In this document: positions 49,909-59,502 of the stretch, piece after piece
Position numbering within the stretch: position 1 is the stretch's first letter
Layout: the number at the start of each line of letters is the position of its first letter
DNA from: Chitinophaga pinensis
GTDB taxonomy: Bacteria; Bacteroidota; Bacteroidia; 2-12-FULL-35-15
NCBI GenBank assembly: GCA_945885475.1
Contig: CAMCYR010000009.1
Location: 16,062-80,061 of the forward strand
Length of the DNA: 64,000 nt
Reading direction: 5' to 3'
Made by a program: the position numbers and the translations under genes
The notes under the pieces: generated by a model
Database searches by the model: none
Told to the model about the DNA's origin: nothing
Seen by the model: only the letters and a program-made list of their open reading frames with translations

Positions 49909-52284
49909 ATGAACAGATCTATAAAAAAAGTAGCCATTCTTGGTTCGGGTGTAATGGGAAGTCGGATTGCTTGCCATTTCGCAAATATTGGTGTGGAAGT
50001 GATTCTACTGGATATTGTGCCGAAGGATGCAGCTGCCGATAAAAAATCACGGAATAAAATTGTGGATGATGCTTTAGTATTTGCTTTAAAGTCTAACCCC
50101 TCTCCTATCTATCGCAAAGCATTTGCGAAACGTATAACAACAGGTAATTTTGATGACAATATGAAAGATATTGCAACCTGCGACTGGATCATTGAGGTGG
50201 TGATCGAACGTTTAGATATCAAAAAACAAGTCTTTGAAAATGTAGAAAAATACCGTAAACCGGGAACATTGATTACATCCAATACCTCAGGTATTCCCAT
50301 TAACCATATGAATGAAGGAAGAAGTGAAGATTTTCAAAAACATTTCTGCGGCTCACACTTTTTTAACCCTCCCCGATATTTGCGCTTATTAGAAATCATA
50401 CCAACTCCAAAAACATCACCCGAGGTAGTTGACTTTTTAATGAACTATGGTGAATTATATTTAGGAAAAACAACTGTATTGTGTAAAGACACGCCCGCAT
50501 TTATCGCTAACAGGATTGGTGTTTACGGAATCATGAGTTTATTTCACACTGTTGAAAAAATGGGATTAACTATTGACGAGGTCGATAAACTAACCGGTCC
50601 CGTATTGGGTCGGCCAAAATCAGCGACATTTAGAACTTGTGATGTTGTTGGATTAGACACATTGATGCATGTAGCAAATGGTGTTTCTGCAAGCTGTCCG
50701 GATGACGAAGCAATTGAGGCCTTCCAGATTCCCTCTTATGTTTCAAAAATGGTGGAGAATAAATGGCTTGGAAGTAAAACTGAACAAGGATTTTTCAAAA
50801 AAGTAAAAGGCGCAAATGGAAAATCAGAGATTCATTCATTAGACCTGAAAACACTCGAATATAAACTATCAGCAAAAGCGAAATTTGCGACACTGGAAGC
50901 GACAAAAAAAATAGACAACTTGCGTGATCGAATGAAAGTACTACTGGCAGGAACAGATAAAGCCGGTGAATTTTATCGCACTTCTTTTTATGGACTTTTT
51001 GCTTATGTGAGCAATCGTATACCTGAAATAACAGATGAGCTTTATAAAATTGATGCGGCAATGAATGCCGGTTTCGCATGGGAACTCGGACCGTTTGAAG
51101 CATGGGATTCACTAGGTGTTGCGGAAGCCGTAAAAGCAATGGAAACCGCAGGAAATAAACCTGCACAGTGGATATATGATATGCTTTCTTCAGGAGCATC
51201 TACTTTCTATAAAGCTGAAAATGGCAGCAAAAAATACTATGACATTCCTTCTAAATCGTATAAAGTTATTCCGGGTACAGAAGCGTTTATCATTTTAGAT
51301 ACTATCCGCGCAAACAAAACGGTTTGGAAAAATAAGGGTGCAACACTTACGGATATCGGCGATGGAATTGTGAATCTCGAGTGGAATACAAAAATGAATT
51401 CCATCGGAGCAGAAGTAATCGAGGGTATCAACAAATCAATTGAGATTGCTGAAAAAGATTTCCGAGGTTTGGTTATTTCTAACGAAGGTGCTAATTTTTC
51501 TGCAGGTGCAAATGTAGGAATGATCTTTATGATGGCTGTTGAACAAGAGTATGATGAATTGAATTTTGCAATTAAAACATTTCAAAACAGCATGATGCGT
51601 GTTCGCTATTCTTCCATTCCGGTTGTTGTAGCTCCACACAACATGGCTTTGGGCGGTGCTTGTGAAATGAGTATGCACTCCGACAGAGTTGTTGCTCATT
51701 CGGAAACATACATGGGACTGGTAGAATTCGGAGTAGGCTTAATTCCGGGTGGTGGCGGAACAAAAGAATTCGCAGTCCGCTTATCAGATGAATTGCAAGA
51801 AGGTGATATCGAATTAAATAATTTCCGTGATCGCTTTTTAACTATCGGACAAGCAAAAGTTGGAACATCAGCTTACGAGGCATTTGATCTAGGATATTTA
51901 AGAAAAGGAAAAGATGTAGTCGTGATTTCCCGCAACAGAGTCTTATCTGAAGCAAAATTAAATTGTATAGAAATCGCTGAAGCAGGATATACCAAACCTG
52001 CTGCTCGCAAAGATATACGTGTACTTGGAAAACAAGCATTGGGATTAGCTTATTTAGGTGCAAATTCAATGATGTCTGGACATTATATAAGCGAGCACGA
52101 TGTAAAAATTTCACAGAAATTAGCTTACGTATTATGTGGTGGTGATTTATCAAGTCCAACTTTAGTAAGCGAACAATACTTATTGGATTTAGAACGTGAA
52201 GCATTTTTATCTCTTTGTGGAGAAAGAAAAACCTTAGAACGTTTACAAAGTATAATTACAGGTGGTAAAATCTTACGTAATTAG
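49909..52284 (+). CDS. fadB: Bifunctional 3-hydroxyacyl-CoA dehydrogenase / enoyl-CoA hydratase (FadB-like, dehydrogenase domain N-terminal)
   Basis: 791 aa; 'KKVAILGSGVMGSRIA' NAD-binding; C-terminal crotonase-fold region. Confidence 0.9.
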   Translation: MNRSIKKVAILGSGVMGSRIACHFANIGVEVILLDIVPKDAAADKKSRNKIVDDALVFALKSNPSPIYRKAFAKRITTGNFDDNMKDIATCDWIIEVVIERLDIKKQVFENVEKYRKPGTLITSNTSGIPINHMNEGRSEDFQKHFCGSHFFNPPRYLRLLEIIPTPKTSPEVVDFLMNYGELYLGKTTVLCKDTPAFIANRIGVYGIMSLFHTVEKMGLTIDEVDKLTGPVLGRPKSATFRTCDVVGLDTLMHVANGVSASCPDDEAIEAFQIPSYVSKMVENKWLGSKTEQGFFKKVKGANGKSEIHSLDLKTLEYKLSAKAKFATLEATKKIDNLRDRMKVLLAGTDKAGEFYRTSFYGLFAYVSNRIPEITDELYKIDAAMNAGFAWELGPFEAWDSLGVAEAVKAMETAGNKPAQWIYDMLSSGASTFYKAENGSKKYYDIPSKSYKVIPGTEAFIILDTIRANKTVWKNKGATLTDIGDGIVNLEWNTKMNSIGAEVIEGINKSIEIAEKDFRGLVISNEGANFSAGANVGMIFMMAVEQEYDELNFAIKTFQNSMMRVRYSSIPVVVAPHNMALGGACEMSMHSDRVVAHSETYMGLVEFGVGLIPGGGGTKEFAVRLSDELQEGDIELNNFRDRFLTIGQAKVGTSAYEAFDLGYLRKGKDVVVISRNRVLSEAKLNCIEIAEAGYTKPAARKDIRVLGKQALGLAYLGANSMMSGHYISEHDVKISQKLAYVLCGGDLSSPTLVSEQYLLDLEREAFLSLCGERKTLERLQSIITGGKILRN

Positions 52285-52759
52285 ATTTGAGACTGGAGAT
52301 ATGAGATTTTAGATAGGTAGAACAAAATAATAAACATTAAAGTAATTATGCATAATTTAAAAGAGTTAAAAATTTGGCACATGGTGATGGACTTGTCTGT
52401 TGAAGTTTATAAAGCAACTTCTAAATTTCCCAAAGAAGAGATTTATGGTCTGACTTCACAAATAAAAAGATCTGCCATTTCAATACCATCAAATATTTCA
52501 GAAGGTGCTGGTCGAAATTCCAATAAAGAGTTCATTCATTTCCTTGGAATTGCGAATGGTTCATCTTATGAGTTGCAAACACAATTAATCATTTCAAATA
52601 AACTAAATCTAATTTCAGATGAAACACTAGCGTCTCTCTTGAAACCGATTGAGGAAATACCAAAAATGCCATATACATTTCAAAACACTTTACAAAAGCA
52701 ATATTTAGAAAAGGCCTGAGAACAAATCTAATATCTCAGGTCTAACATCTCAAATCTAA
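52281..52759. mobile_element. 479-bp cassette carrying a four-helix-bundle gene, bounded by perfect 12-bp inverted repeats TTAGATTTGAGA (52281-52292) / TCTCAAATCTAA (52748-52759), inserted between fadB and fadA
   Basis: Inverted repeats read directly; left repeat overlaps fadB stop codon; additional 'caaatctaata' direct repeats at the right end. Confidence 0.35.
52348..52719 (+). CDS. Four-helix-bundle protein (TIGR02436; formerly '23S rRNA intervening-sequence protein')
   Basis: 123 aa; 'KIWHMVMDLSVEVYKATSKFPKEEIYGLTSQIKRSAISIPSNISEGAGR...FLGIANGSSYELQTQLIIS' family signature. Confidence 0.85.
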   Translation: MHNLKELKIWHMVMDLSVEVYKATSKFPKEEIYGLTSQIKRSAISIPSNISEGAGRNSNKEFIHFLGIANGSSYELQTQLIISNKLNLISDETLASLLKPIEEIPKMPYTFQNTLQKQYLEKA

Positions 52760-52765
52760 TAAAAT

Positions 52766-53941
52766 ATGAACGCATATATTGTAGCTGGTTTTCGAACCGC
52801 AGTTGGAAAAGCAACAAGAGGTGGATTTAGATTCACACGTCCTGATGATCTCGCAGCAGATGTAATAAAACATTTGATGGCAAGTGTTCCAAACATTGCA
52901 CACGATCAGGTGGACGATTTGATTGTTGGAAACGCAATGCCTGAAGCAGAACAAGGTTTAAACATGGCAAGATTTATTTCTCTAATGGCATTCAATACAG
53001 ACAAAGTTTCCGGAATGACAGTGAACCGTTATTGCGCATCCGGTTTAGAAACTATTGCTATTGCTGCGGCAAAAATAAATGCTGGTATGGCCGATTGTAT
53101 CGTTGCCGGGGGAGCCGAAAGTATGAGTTTAATTCCAATGGGTGGATGGCGAATCGTGCCGCATGCAGGAGTTGCACTTGCACATCCCGATCATTATTGG
53201 GGAATGGGCTTAACTGCAGAAGCCGTTGCGAATGAATATAAAATCAGCCGTGAGGATCAAGATGCCTTTGCACTTAACTCTCACCTGAAAGCAATGAAAG
53301 CAATCAAAGAAGGGAAATTTAAAGATGAGATCGTTCCAATAAAAATTTCTGAAACCTATGTTGATGAAAATGAAAAGAAAAAAATACGCGACTTTATTGT
53401 TGATACAGATGAAGGTCCGCGTGCAGACACAACGCTTGAAGCACTCGGAAAACTAAAACCGGTGTTTGATGCAAATGGAAGTGTAACAGCTGGTAATTCT
53501 TCACAAACAAGTGATGGAGCAGCATTTGTAATGATTGTCAGCGAGAAATTTTTAAAAGAAAATAATTTAAAACCAATTGCACGCATGGTTAGTTTTGCTG
53601 CAGCCGGAGTTCCTCCTCGCATCATGGGAATAGGTCCGGTTGCCGCTATTCCAAAAGCATTGAAATTAGCTGGAATGAATTTAGGCCAAATTGATTTAAT
53701 TGAATTGAATGAAGCCTTTGCTTCCCAATCATTAGCAGTTTGCAGAGAATTAAACATCAACCAGGATATTGTAAATGTAAATGGGGGAGCGATTTCACTC
53801 GGACATCCACTAGGTTGTTCCGGAGCGAAATTGTCGGTTCAATTATTCAGTGAATTAAAAAGAAGAAAACAAAAATATGGAATAGTTAGTATGTGTGTAG
53901 GAACCGGACAAGGTGCTGCAGGCATATTCGAAATGCTCTAA
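52766..53941 (+). CDS. fadA: Acetyl-CoA C-acyltransferase (3-ketoacyl-CoA thiolase)
   Basis: 391 aa; 'NRYCASGLE' active-site Cys region, C-terminal 'GCSGAKL...MCVGTGQGAA'. Confidence 0.9.
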   Translation: MNAYIVAGFRTAVGKATRGGFRFTRPDDLAADVIKHLMASVPNIAHDQVDDLIVGNAMPEAEQGLNMARFISLMAFNTDKVSGMTVNRYCASGLETIAIAAAKINAGMADCIVAGGAESMSLIPMGGWRIVPHAGVALAHPDHYWGMGLTAEAVANEYKISREDQDAFALNSHLKAMKAIKEGKFKDEIVPIKISETYVDENEKKKIRDFIVDTDEGPRADTTLEALGKLKPVFDANGSVTAGNSSQTSDGAAFVMIVSEKFLKENNLKPIARMVSFAAAGVPPRIMGIGPVAAIPKALKLAGMNLGQIDLIELNEAFASQSLAVCRELNINQDIVNVNGGAISLGHPLGCSGAKLSVQLFSELKRRKQKYGIVSMCVGTGQGAAGIFEML

Positions 53942-53968
53942 AAAATAAAAAACTTTATACAAAACACT

Positions 53969-55744
53969 ATGACAACATTAAAAGGAGGAGAATTCCTAAT
54001 CAAAGAAACAGAAGCAAAAGATGTTTTTATTCCTGAAGAATGGAATGAAGAACAATTAATGATTGCAGAAACCTGTCATGATTTTTTAGCTCAAAATGTT
54101 TGGGATAAATTAGATCGTATTGATGCACAAGAAGAAGGACTAATGGTTGACTTGCTAAACAAAGCAGGAGAATTAGGATTGTTGGGGATTTCTGTTCCGG
54201 AAGAATTTGGTGGATTCGGTAAAGATTTCACGACTTCTATGCTCGCAACTGAAATATTAGGTGCAGGTCATTCATTTGCCGTTGCTATCTCTGCCCATAC
54301 CGGAATCGGAACATTGCCGATTTTATATTATGGAACAGCTGAACAAAAAGCAAAATATATTCCCAAATTATCAAGTGGTGAATGGAAAGCCGCTTATTGC
54401 TTAACAGAACCAAGTTCAGGTTCTGATGCAAACTCTGGCAAAACAAATGCAAAATTAACAGAAGACGGGAAACATTACATTCTGAACGGTCAAAAAATGT
54501 GGATTACCAATGGCGGATTTGCAGACGTGTATACGGTATTTGCTAAAATTGATTCTGATGAAAACCTTTCAGCATTCATCGTAGAAAAATCATTTGGTGG
54601 AATTTCTTTAAACCCTGAGGAACATAAAATGGGAATCAAGGGAAGTTCTACTCGTCAGGTATTTTTCAATGACTGTAAAGTTCCTGTAGAAAATTTATTA
54701 TCAGACAGACAAAATGGATTTAAAATCGCTGTAAATATTTTAAATCTTGGTCGTATCAAATTGGCGGGAGCTGCAATTGGAGGAAGTAAAGAAACGACAA
54801 CCCTCTCAATAAAATATGCGAACGATCGTCAACAGTTCGGAAGATCAATTTCAAAATACGGTGCTATCCGTTACAAACTAGCTGAGCAGGCAATCAGAAT
54901 CTACGCGAGTGAATCGGCAATTTACAGAGCGAGTCAAAACGTTGAAGATGCTACCAAATCTTTAATTGCCGCTGGTATGGATGAAGCAAAAGCTAAATTA
55001 AAAGGTGTTGAACAATTTGCTGTTGAAGCTGCAATTGTAAAAGTACATGGCTCGGAAGTGTTGGATTACGTTGTTGATGAAGGTGTACAAATATACGGAG
55101 GAATGGGATACAGCGCGGAAGCGCCAATGGATAGAGCTTACCGTGATGCAAGGATCAACCGTATTTTTGAAGGAACAAATGAGATCAACCGAATGCTGAC
55201 AGTTGACATGATGTTAAAACGTGCAATGAAAGGCGAATTGGATTTAATGGGTCCTGCTCAGGCAGTTGCGGCTGAACTAATGGCCATTCCAGATTTTTCA
55301 GAAACAGAAACAACAACATTTTCTAACGAAAAGAAATACGTTGCCGGATTTAAAAAATCAGTCTTAATGGTTGCCGGTGCGGCAGTTCAAAAACTGATGA
55401 TGCAATTAGGAAAAGAACAAGAGATCTTAATGAACCTGGCAGACATGATCATAGAAACATATGTATCTGAATCATTGCAATTAAGAGTTGAAAAGCTTGT
55501 CGCTTTAAAAGGTGAAGCAGCGTGCAAAGAACAAATAGACATAATGCGCGTCTATATCAACGATGCTGCAGACAGAATACACAAATCAGGAAAAGAAGCG
55601 ATTAATAGCTTTGCCTCAGGTGATGAACAAAGAGCAATGTTAATGGGAATGAAACGGTTTACAAAAACGGAACCATTAAATACAACAGAAGCCAGAAGAA
55701 ACATTTCTGCAAAGTTGATTGCTGAAAATAAATATTGTTTTTAG
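53969..55744 (+). CDS. Acyl-CoA dehydrogenase (long, FadE-like)
   Basis: 591 aa; 'AYCLTEPSSGSDA', 'QIYGGMGYS' ACAD motifs. Confidence 0.9.
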   Translation: MTTLKGGEFLIKETEAKDVFIPEEWNEEQLMIAETCHDFLAQNVWDKLDRIDAQEEGLMVDLLNKAGELGLLGISVPEEFGGFGKDFTTSMLATEILGAGHSFAVAISAHTGIGTLPILYYGTAEQKAKYIPKLSSGEWKAAYCLTEPSSGSDANSGKTNAKLTEDGKHYILNGQKMWITNGGFADVYTVFAKIDSDENLSAFIVEKSFGGISLNPEEHKMGIKGSSTRQVFFNDCKVPVENLLSDRQNGFKIAVNILNLGRIKLAGAAIGGSKETTTLSIKYANDRQQFGRSISKYGAIRYKLAEQAIRIYASESAIYRASQNVEDATKSLIAAGMDEAKAKLKGVEQFAVEAAIVKVHGSEVLDYVVDEGVQIYGGMGYSAEAPMDRAYRDARINRIFEGTNEINRMLTVDMMLKRAMKGELDLMGPAQAVAAELMAIPDFSETETTTFSNEKKYVAGFKKSVLMVAGAAVQKLMMQLGKEQEILMNLADMIIETYVSESLQLRVEKLVALKGEAACKEQIDIMRVYINDAADRIHKSGKEAINSFASGDEQRAMLMGMKRFTKTEPLNTTEARRNISAKLIAENKYCF

Positions 55745-55859
55745 CTTTACTCAAGGGAAGCATAACAAAATCAAACCTATGGGAGACCATAGGTTTTTTT
55801 ATTCTTTCCTATTATCGGAAATAAAAATAAATCATAAAAAAAAGATTAATTTTGCAGAT

Positions 55860-56348
55860 ATGGAACTCCATACTGCATATTACTCTTCTCCTATCGGAAT
55901 TCTTGAAATAAAAGGAAATGAAGATGGCTTAGTCAGCTTATTGTTTAAAGAGGAAATAGTTGAACCAACCGCCAAAATTCATGAATCAATCAAAGAAGTT
56001 GCTTATCAACTGGATGAGTATTTCACAGGAATCAGGAAAGAGTTTGGTATAAAAATAAATCCGGAAGGAACAGTATTTCAAAAACGCGTTTGGCAAACAC
56101 TGCAAACTGTTCCATTTGGAAAATCAAACTCCTACTTAGACATTTCAAAAATGCTGGGAGACGAAAATACAACACGTGCTGTCGGTAACGCAAATGGCAA
56201 CAATCCAATAGCAATCATCATCCCTTGTCATCGCATTATTGGCAGCAATGGTAACCTTACAGGATATGCAGGAGGTATGTGGAGAAAACGCTGGTTAATT
56301 AAGCATGAAAACAGTGTGAATTTCGGTAAACAAACAGAACTCTTTTAA
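55860..56348 (+). CDS. ogt: Methylated-DNA--protein-cysteine methyltransferase
   Basis: 'IIPCHRIIGSNGNLTGYAGG' PCHR active site; start set to Met 'MELHTAYYSSP' (ORF track begins earlier at 55719, overlapping ACAD). Confidence 0.85.
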   Translation: MELHTAYYSSPIGILEIKGNEDGLVSLLFKEEIVEPTAKIHESIKEVAYQLDEYFTGIRKEFGIKINPEGTVFQKRVWQTLQTVPFGKSNSYLDISKMLGDENTTRAVGNANGNNPIAIIIPCHRIIGSNGNLTGYAGGMWRKRWLIKHENSVNFGKQTELF

Positions 56349-56402
56349 ATTTCACAATCCGATTATTTATCGCTTAATTTGTATAACTAAAAAATAGCGG
56401 GT

Positions 56403-56954
56403 TTGGGCAAGAAAGAATTTTTTTCTGAATTTTTAAAGCAAGGCAAGAACATTGGGGCAATTGCGCCCAGCTCTAAGTTTTTAGTAAAAAAGATGGTCGA
56501 CCCCATCAACTTTGAGAATATAAAGTGTATTGTTGAATTTGGGCCCGGCACCGGAATGATCACCCATGAACTTCTAAGAAGAATGCCATCAGATTCTATA
56601 CTATTGGTATTTGAGATCAACACAGAATTTTGCGAAACGCTAAATCAAATTAAAGATGCCAGAATAAAGATCATCTGCGACTCAGCCGAAAAACTGGAGT
56701 ATTATTTATCACAATATAATATTACAGAGGCGGACTACATTGTTTCGTCTTTGCCTTTTGCGATGATTCCAAACCAGATTGTGGATTCTATTCTTTCAAT
56801 TGCGTTAAAAGTATTGAGCAAAAAAGGTGCGTTCATTCAATATCAATATTCATTGAACGCATATAAAAGATTGAAGAGTATCTTTAAAAATGTAGATCTT
56901 AATTTCACTCCGATGAACATTCCCCCAGCTTTCATCTTCACTTGTACAAACTAA
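56403..56954 (+). CDS. Class I SAM-dependent methyltransferase (PmtA-like)
   Basis: 183 aa; 'GAIAPSSKFL' and 'VEFGPGTGMIT' motif I; ORF begins with TTG. Confidence 0.6.
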   Translation: MGKKEFFSEFLKQGKNIGAIAPSSKFLVKKMVDPINFENIKCIVEFGPGTGMITHELLRRMPSDSILLVFEINTEFCETLNQIKDARIKIICDSAEKLEYYLSQYNITEADYIVSSLPFAMIPNQIVDSILSIALKVLSKKGAFIQYQYSLNAYKRLKSIFKNVDLNFTPMNIPPAFIFTCTN

Positions 56955-57427
56955 GGAGCATTTATTGTTTCTAATTGCTCAAAGGATTCAATAAGCAATT
57001 GTTTTTTCTTCTTTCCAATTGTATAATGAATAACTGCACCCTGCGAAAATTCAGCAACAGGCACTACCAAATTCATTGGTGTTCCCGGTCTGCCGCTACC
57101 TCTATTTTTCATTGAAGCAAATGTAAGCTGATAAACACCCTTCTCTTTGATAGCTGATGCCTTTACAGGTTGATAATTTGGAGAAACGAAATCCGCATTA
57201 TCGACTTTCACAGTATTAAACGGAACCAACTTCTGGGTATAGACATTAATAATTGAATCAATAGACAATTTGCACTTCTTTGTTTTTTTTATCTCTACCA
57301 AATAGTTTGAAGTAGAAGTCGGAGATGCTCCTGAATTAATAGTTTGCTTGGTCGCCTTCAGCACCGTTAAATCTTGAGCGAATGAAAAAGAAGATAGCAG
57401 AAGAAATAAAATGATTAAATGTTTCAT
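56951..57427 (-). CDS. Secreted hypothetical protein
   Basis: Signal peptide 'MKHLIILFLLLSSFSFAQ'; no recognisable domain. Confidence 0.45.
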   Translation of the reverse strand: MKHLIILFLLLSSFSFAQDLTVLKATKQTINSGASPTSTSNYLVEIKKTKKCKLSIDSIINVYTQKLVPFNTVKVDNADFVSPNYQPVKASAIKEKGVYQLTFASMKNRGSGRPGTPMNLVVPVAEFSQGAVIHYTIGKKKKQLLIESFEQLETINAP

Positions 57428-57552
57428 TTGCATTCGTATTAAGATGTTAAACAAAGTTCAGTTAAAGTTATTAGCACTAAATTCAAAAATCATGCCTTCA
57501 TCTTATTAAACGCCTCCATGAACCAGATTAGCTTTTTCAAAAAGGCTATTTT

Positions 57553-58575
57553 TTAAGATTCAATATTTTTAAGAACCCGCTCAACTTCGGTAAGCATATC
57601 ATCTGTAAAATCGAGGTGAGTTACAAGCCGGATAGCCTGTTTCCCAAATCCGACCGCTTTAATATTCTGATCTGCTAATTTTTGAATAAACACAGCCGGA
57701 TTTATTTTAGCTATCAAATTAAAAATAATAATATTCGTTTCTACCGGCAAAATATTTTCAACATAGCCTAATGAATTCATTATCGCAGCGATCTTTGTCG
57801 CACGCTGATGATCTTCCTTCAAGCGATCAACATTATGATCAAGTGCATAAATACCTGCAGCGGCAAGATATCCAGCCTGACGCATTCCACCACCAAATAC
57901 TTTCCTTATTCTTCTAGCTTTACGTATAAATTCTTTTTCTCCGACCAAAAGTGAACCAACAGGAGCGCCCAAACCTTTCGACAAACAAACTGAAATAGAA
58001 TCAAAACAATTACCTACTTCAGTTGTGGTATAACCGGTTTCAACAATTGCGTTAAAAATTCTGGCTCCATCCAGATGATAGTTAAGGTTATTTTTTTTAC
58101 TGACAGCAGACAACTCTTGCATTTGTTGGATCGAATAATAACTACCGCCTGCTCTATTTGCTGTATTTTCAATACAAAGTAAACTCGTTTTTGTCAGCCA
58201 ATCGTAGGTCGGATTAATACTTTCCTGAACCTGATGTGCAGTAATCCTTCCGCGATCACCCTGCAGTAGTTTTGCCTGTACACCTGAATTAAAGGAAATG
58301 CCGCCGCCTTCATAATTATAAATATGGGCTGTAACATCGCATAAAACCTCATCTCCAGGCTGGGTATGCACTTTAATTGCAATCTGATTGGTCATTGTTC
58401 CTGAAGGACAAAATAGTGCCGCTTCTTTTCCAAACAATGCCGCAGTCTTTTCTTCCAATGCAATTACGGTTGGTTCTTCACCAAAAACATCATCGCCAAC
58501 CTGAGCGCTGAACATGACATCCAACATTTCTTTGGATGGTTTTGTGACGGTATCACTTCTTAGATCTATTATCAT
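57553..58575 (-). CDS. ltaE: Low-specificity L-threonine aldolase (PLP-dependent)
   Basis: '[14 protein letters not shown]...' N-terminus and '[12 protein letters not shown]' PLP-lysine region; start set at internal Met of ORF 57553..58629. Confidence 0.85.
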   Translation of the reverse strand: MIIDLRSDTVTKPSKEMLDVMFSAQVGDDVFGEEPTVIALEEKTAALFGKEAALFCPSGTMTNQIAIKVHTQPGDEVLCDVTAHIYNYEGGGISFNSGVQAKLLQGDRGRITAHQVQESINPTYDWLTKTSLLCIENTANRAGGSYYSIQQMQELSAVSKKNNLNYHLDGARIFNAIVETGYTTTEVGNCFDSISVCLSKGLGAPVGSLLVGEKEFIRKARRIRKVFGGGMRQAGYLAAAGIYALDHNVDRLKEDHQRATKIAAIMNSLGYVENILPVETNIIIFNLIAKINPAVFIQKLADQNIKAVGFGKQAIRLVTHLDFTDDMLTEVERVLKNIES

Positions 58576-58612
58576 GCTATTTTTTATTATCCCCATAAGC
58601 GAAGTTGAGGTG

Positions 58613-59254
58613 TTATTTTTTTCTCGCAATCATTAGTCCATCACGAATTGGTAGAAGCATATGCTCGACACGATAATCAGTATGGATTTTCTTATTGTAT
58701 TCGTGTATTATTCGTGTATTAGCGTCCATCTTATCTTCGTCGTCCAATATTTTACCGCTCCAAAGAACATTATCTGCAATAATAAATCCCCCGCTGCGCA
58801 CCTTATCAAACACTAAATCATAATATGCTGCATAATTTTTTTTATCCGCATCAATAAATACAAGATCAAATAATTCGTTGATCGTAGGAATTACCTCAAT
58901 GGCATCTCCCAGATAATAATTTATCTTTTCGGTTAAACCTGCTTCAGCAATAAAAGCACGAACCATTTTTTCCAATTCAACATTAATATCAATCGTATGC
59001 AATTTTCCACCCTCCTGAAGTCCCTGCGCAAGACAGATTCCAGAATAACCAGTATAGGTTCCTATTTCTAATATTTGTTTCGGCTGGATCATTTTACTGA
59101 ACATACTCAGTACATTTCCTTGCATATGTCCGGAAAGCATTCGGGGAACCAACACTTTTGAATGCGTTTCCCTATTCAATCTATGTAGCACATCCGACTC
59201 CGGTTGTGAATGCGAAAGTGCATAATTTTCAATTTTTTCGTCTATAAATTCCAT
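58613..59254 (-). CDS. Class I SAM-dependent O-methyltransferase (family 3, caffeoyl-CoA OMT/YrrM-like)
   Basis: '[16 protein letters not shown]', '[10 protein letters not shown]' motifs; start placed at Met18 of ORF. Confidence 0.85.
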   Translation of the reverse strand: MEFIDEKIENYALSHSQPESDVLHRLNRETHSKVLVPRMLSGHMQGNVLSMFSKMIQPKQILEIGTYTGYSGICLAQGLQEGGKLHTIDINVELEKMVRAFIAEAGLTEKINYYLGDAIEVIPTINELFDLVFIDADKKNYAAYYDLVFDKVRSGGFIIADNVLWSGKILDDEDKMDANTRIIHEYNKKIHTDYRVEHMLLPIRDGLMIARKK

Positions 59255-59502
59255 TAATGTAAAATTTGCATTACGAATGTACACATTTATATTCTGCATA
59301 AACAAATTTCAAAAAAACACCCGAAACATATTAAAAATAAACTATTCAACAGCATGAAAGACAAAAAAAGATGCCTTTTTCAACCTTGCATTGTTTATAA
59401 GTTTGAATTAACGAAGGTCACAACGCCTTATATTATGGAGAAATTAGTGCTATTAATGGGGAAATTGTATCTGCTCCGTTGTATTAACAATAAATTAAAA
59501 TT

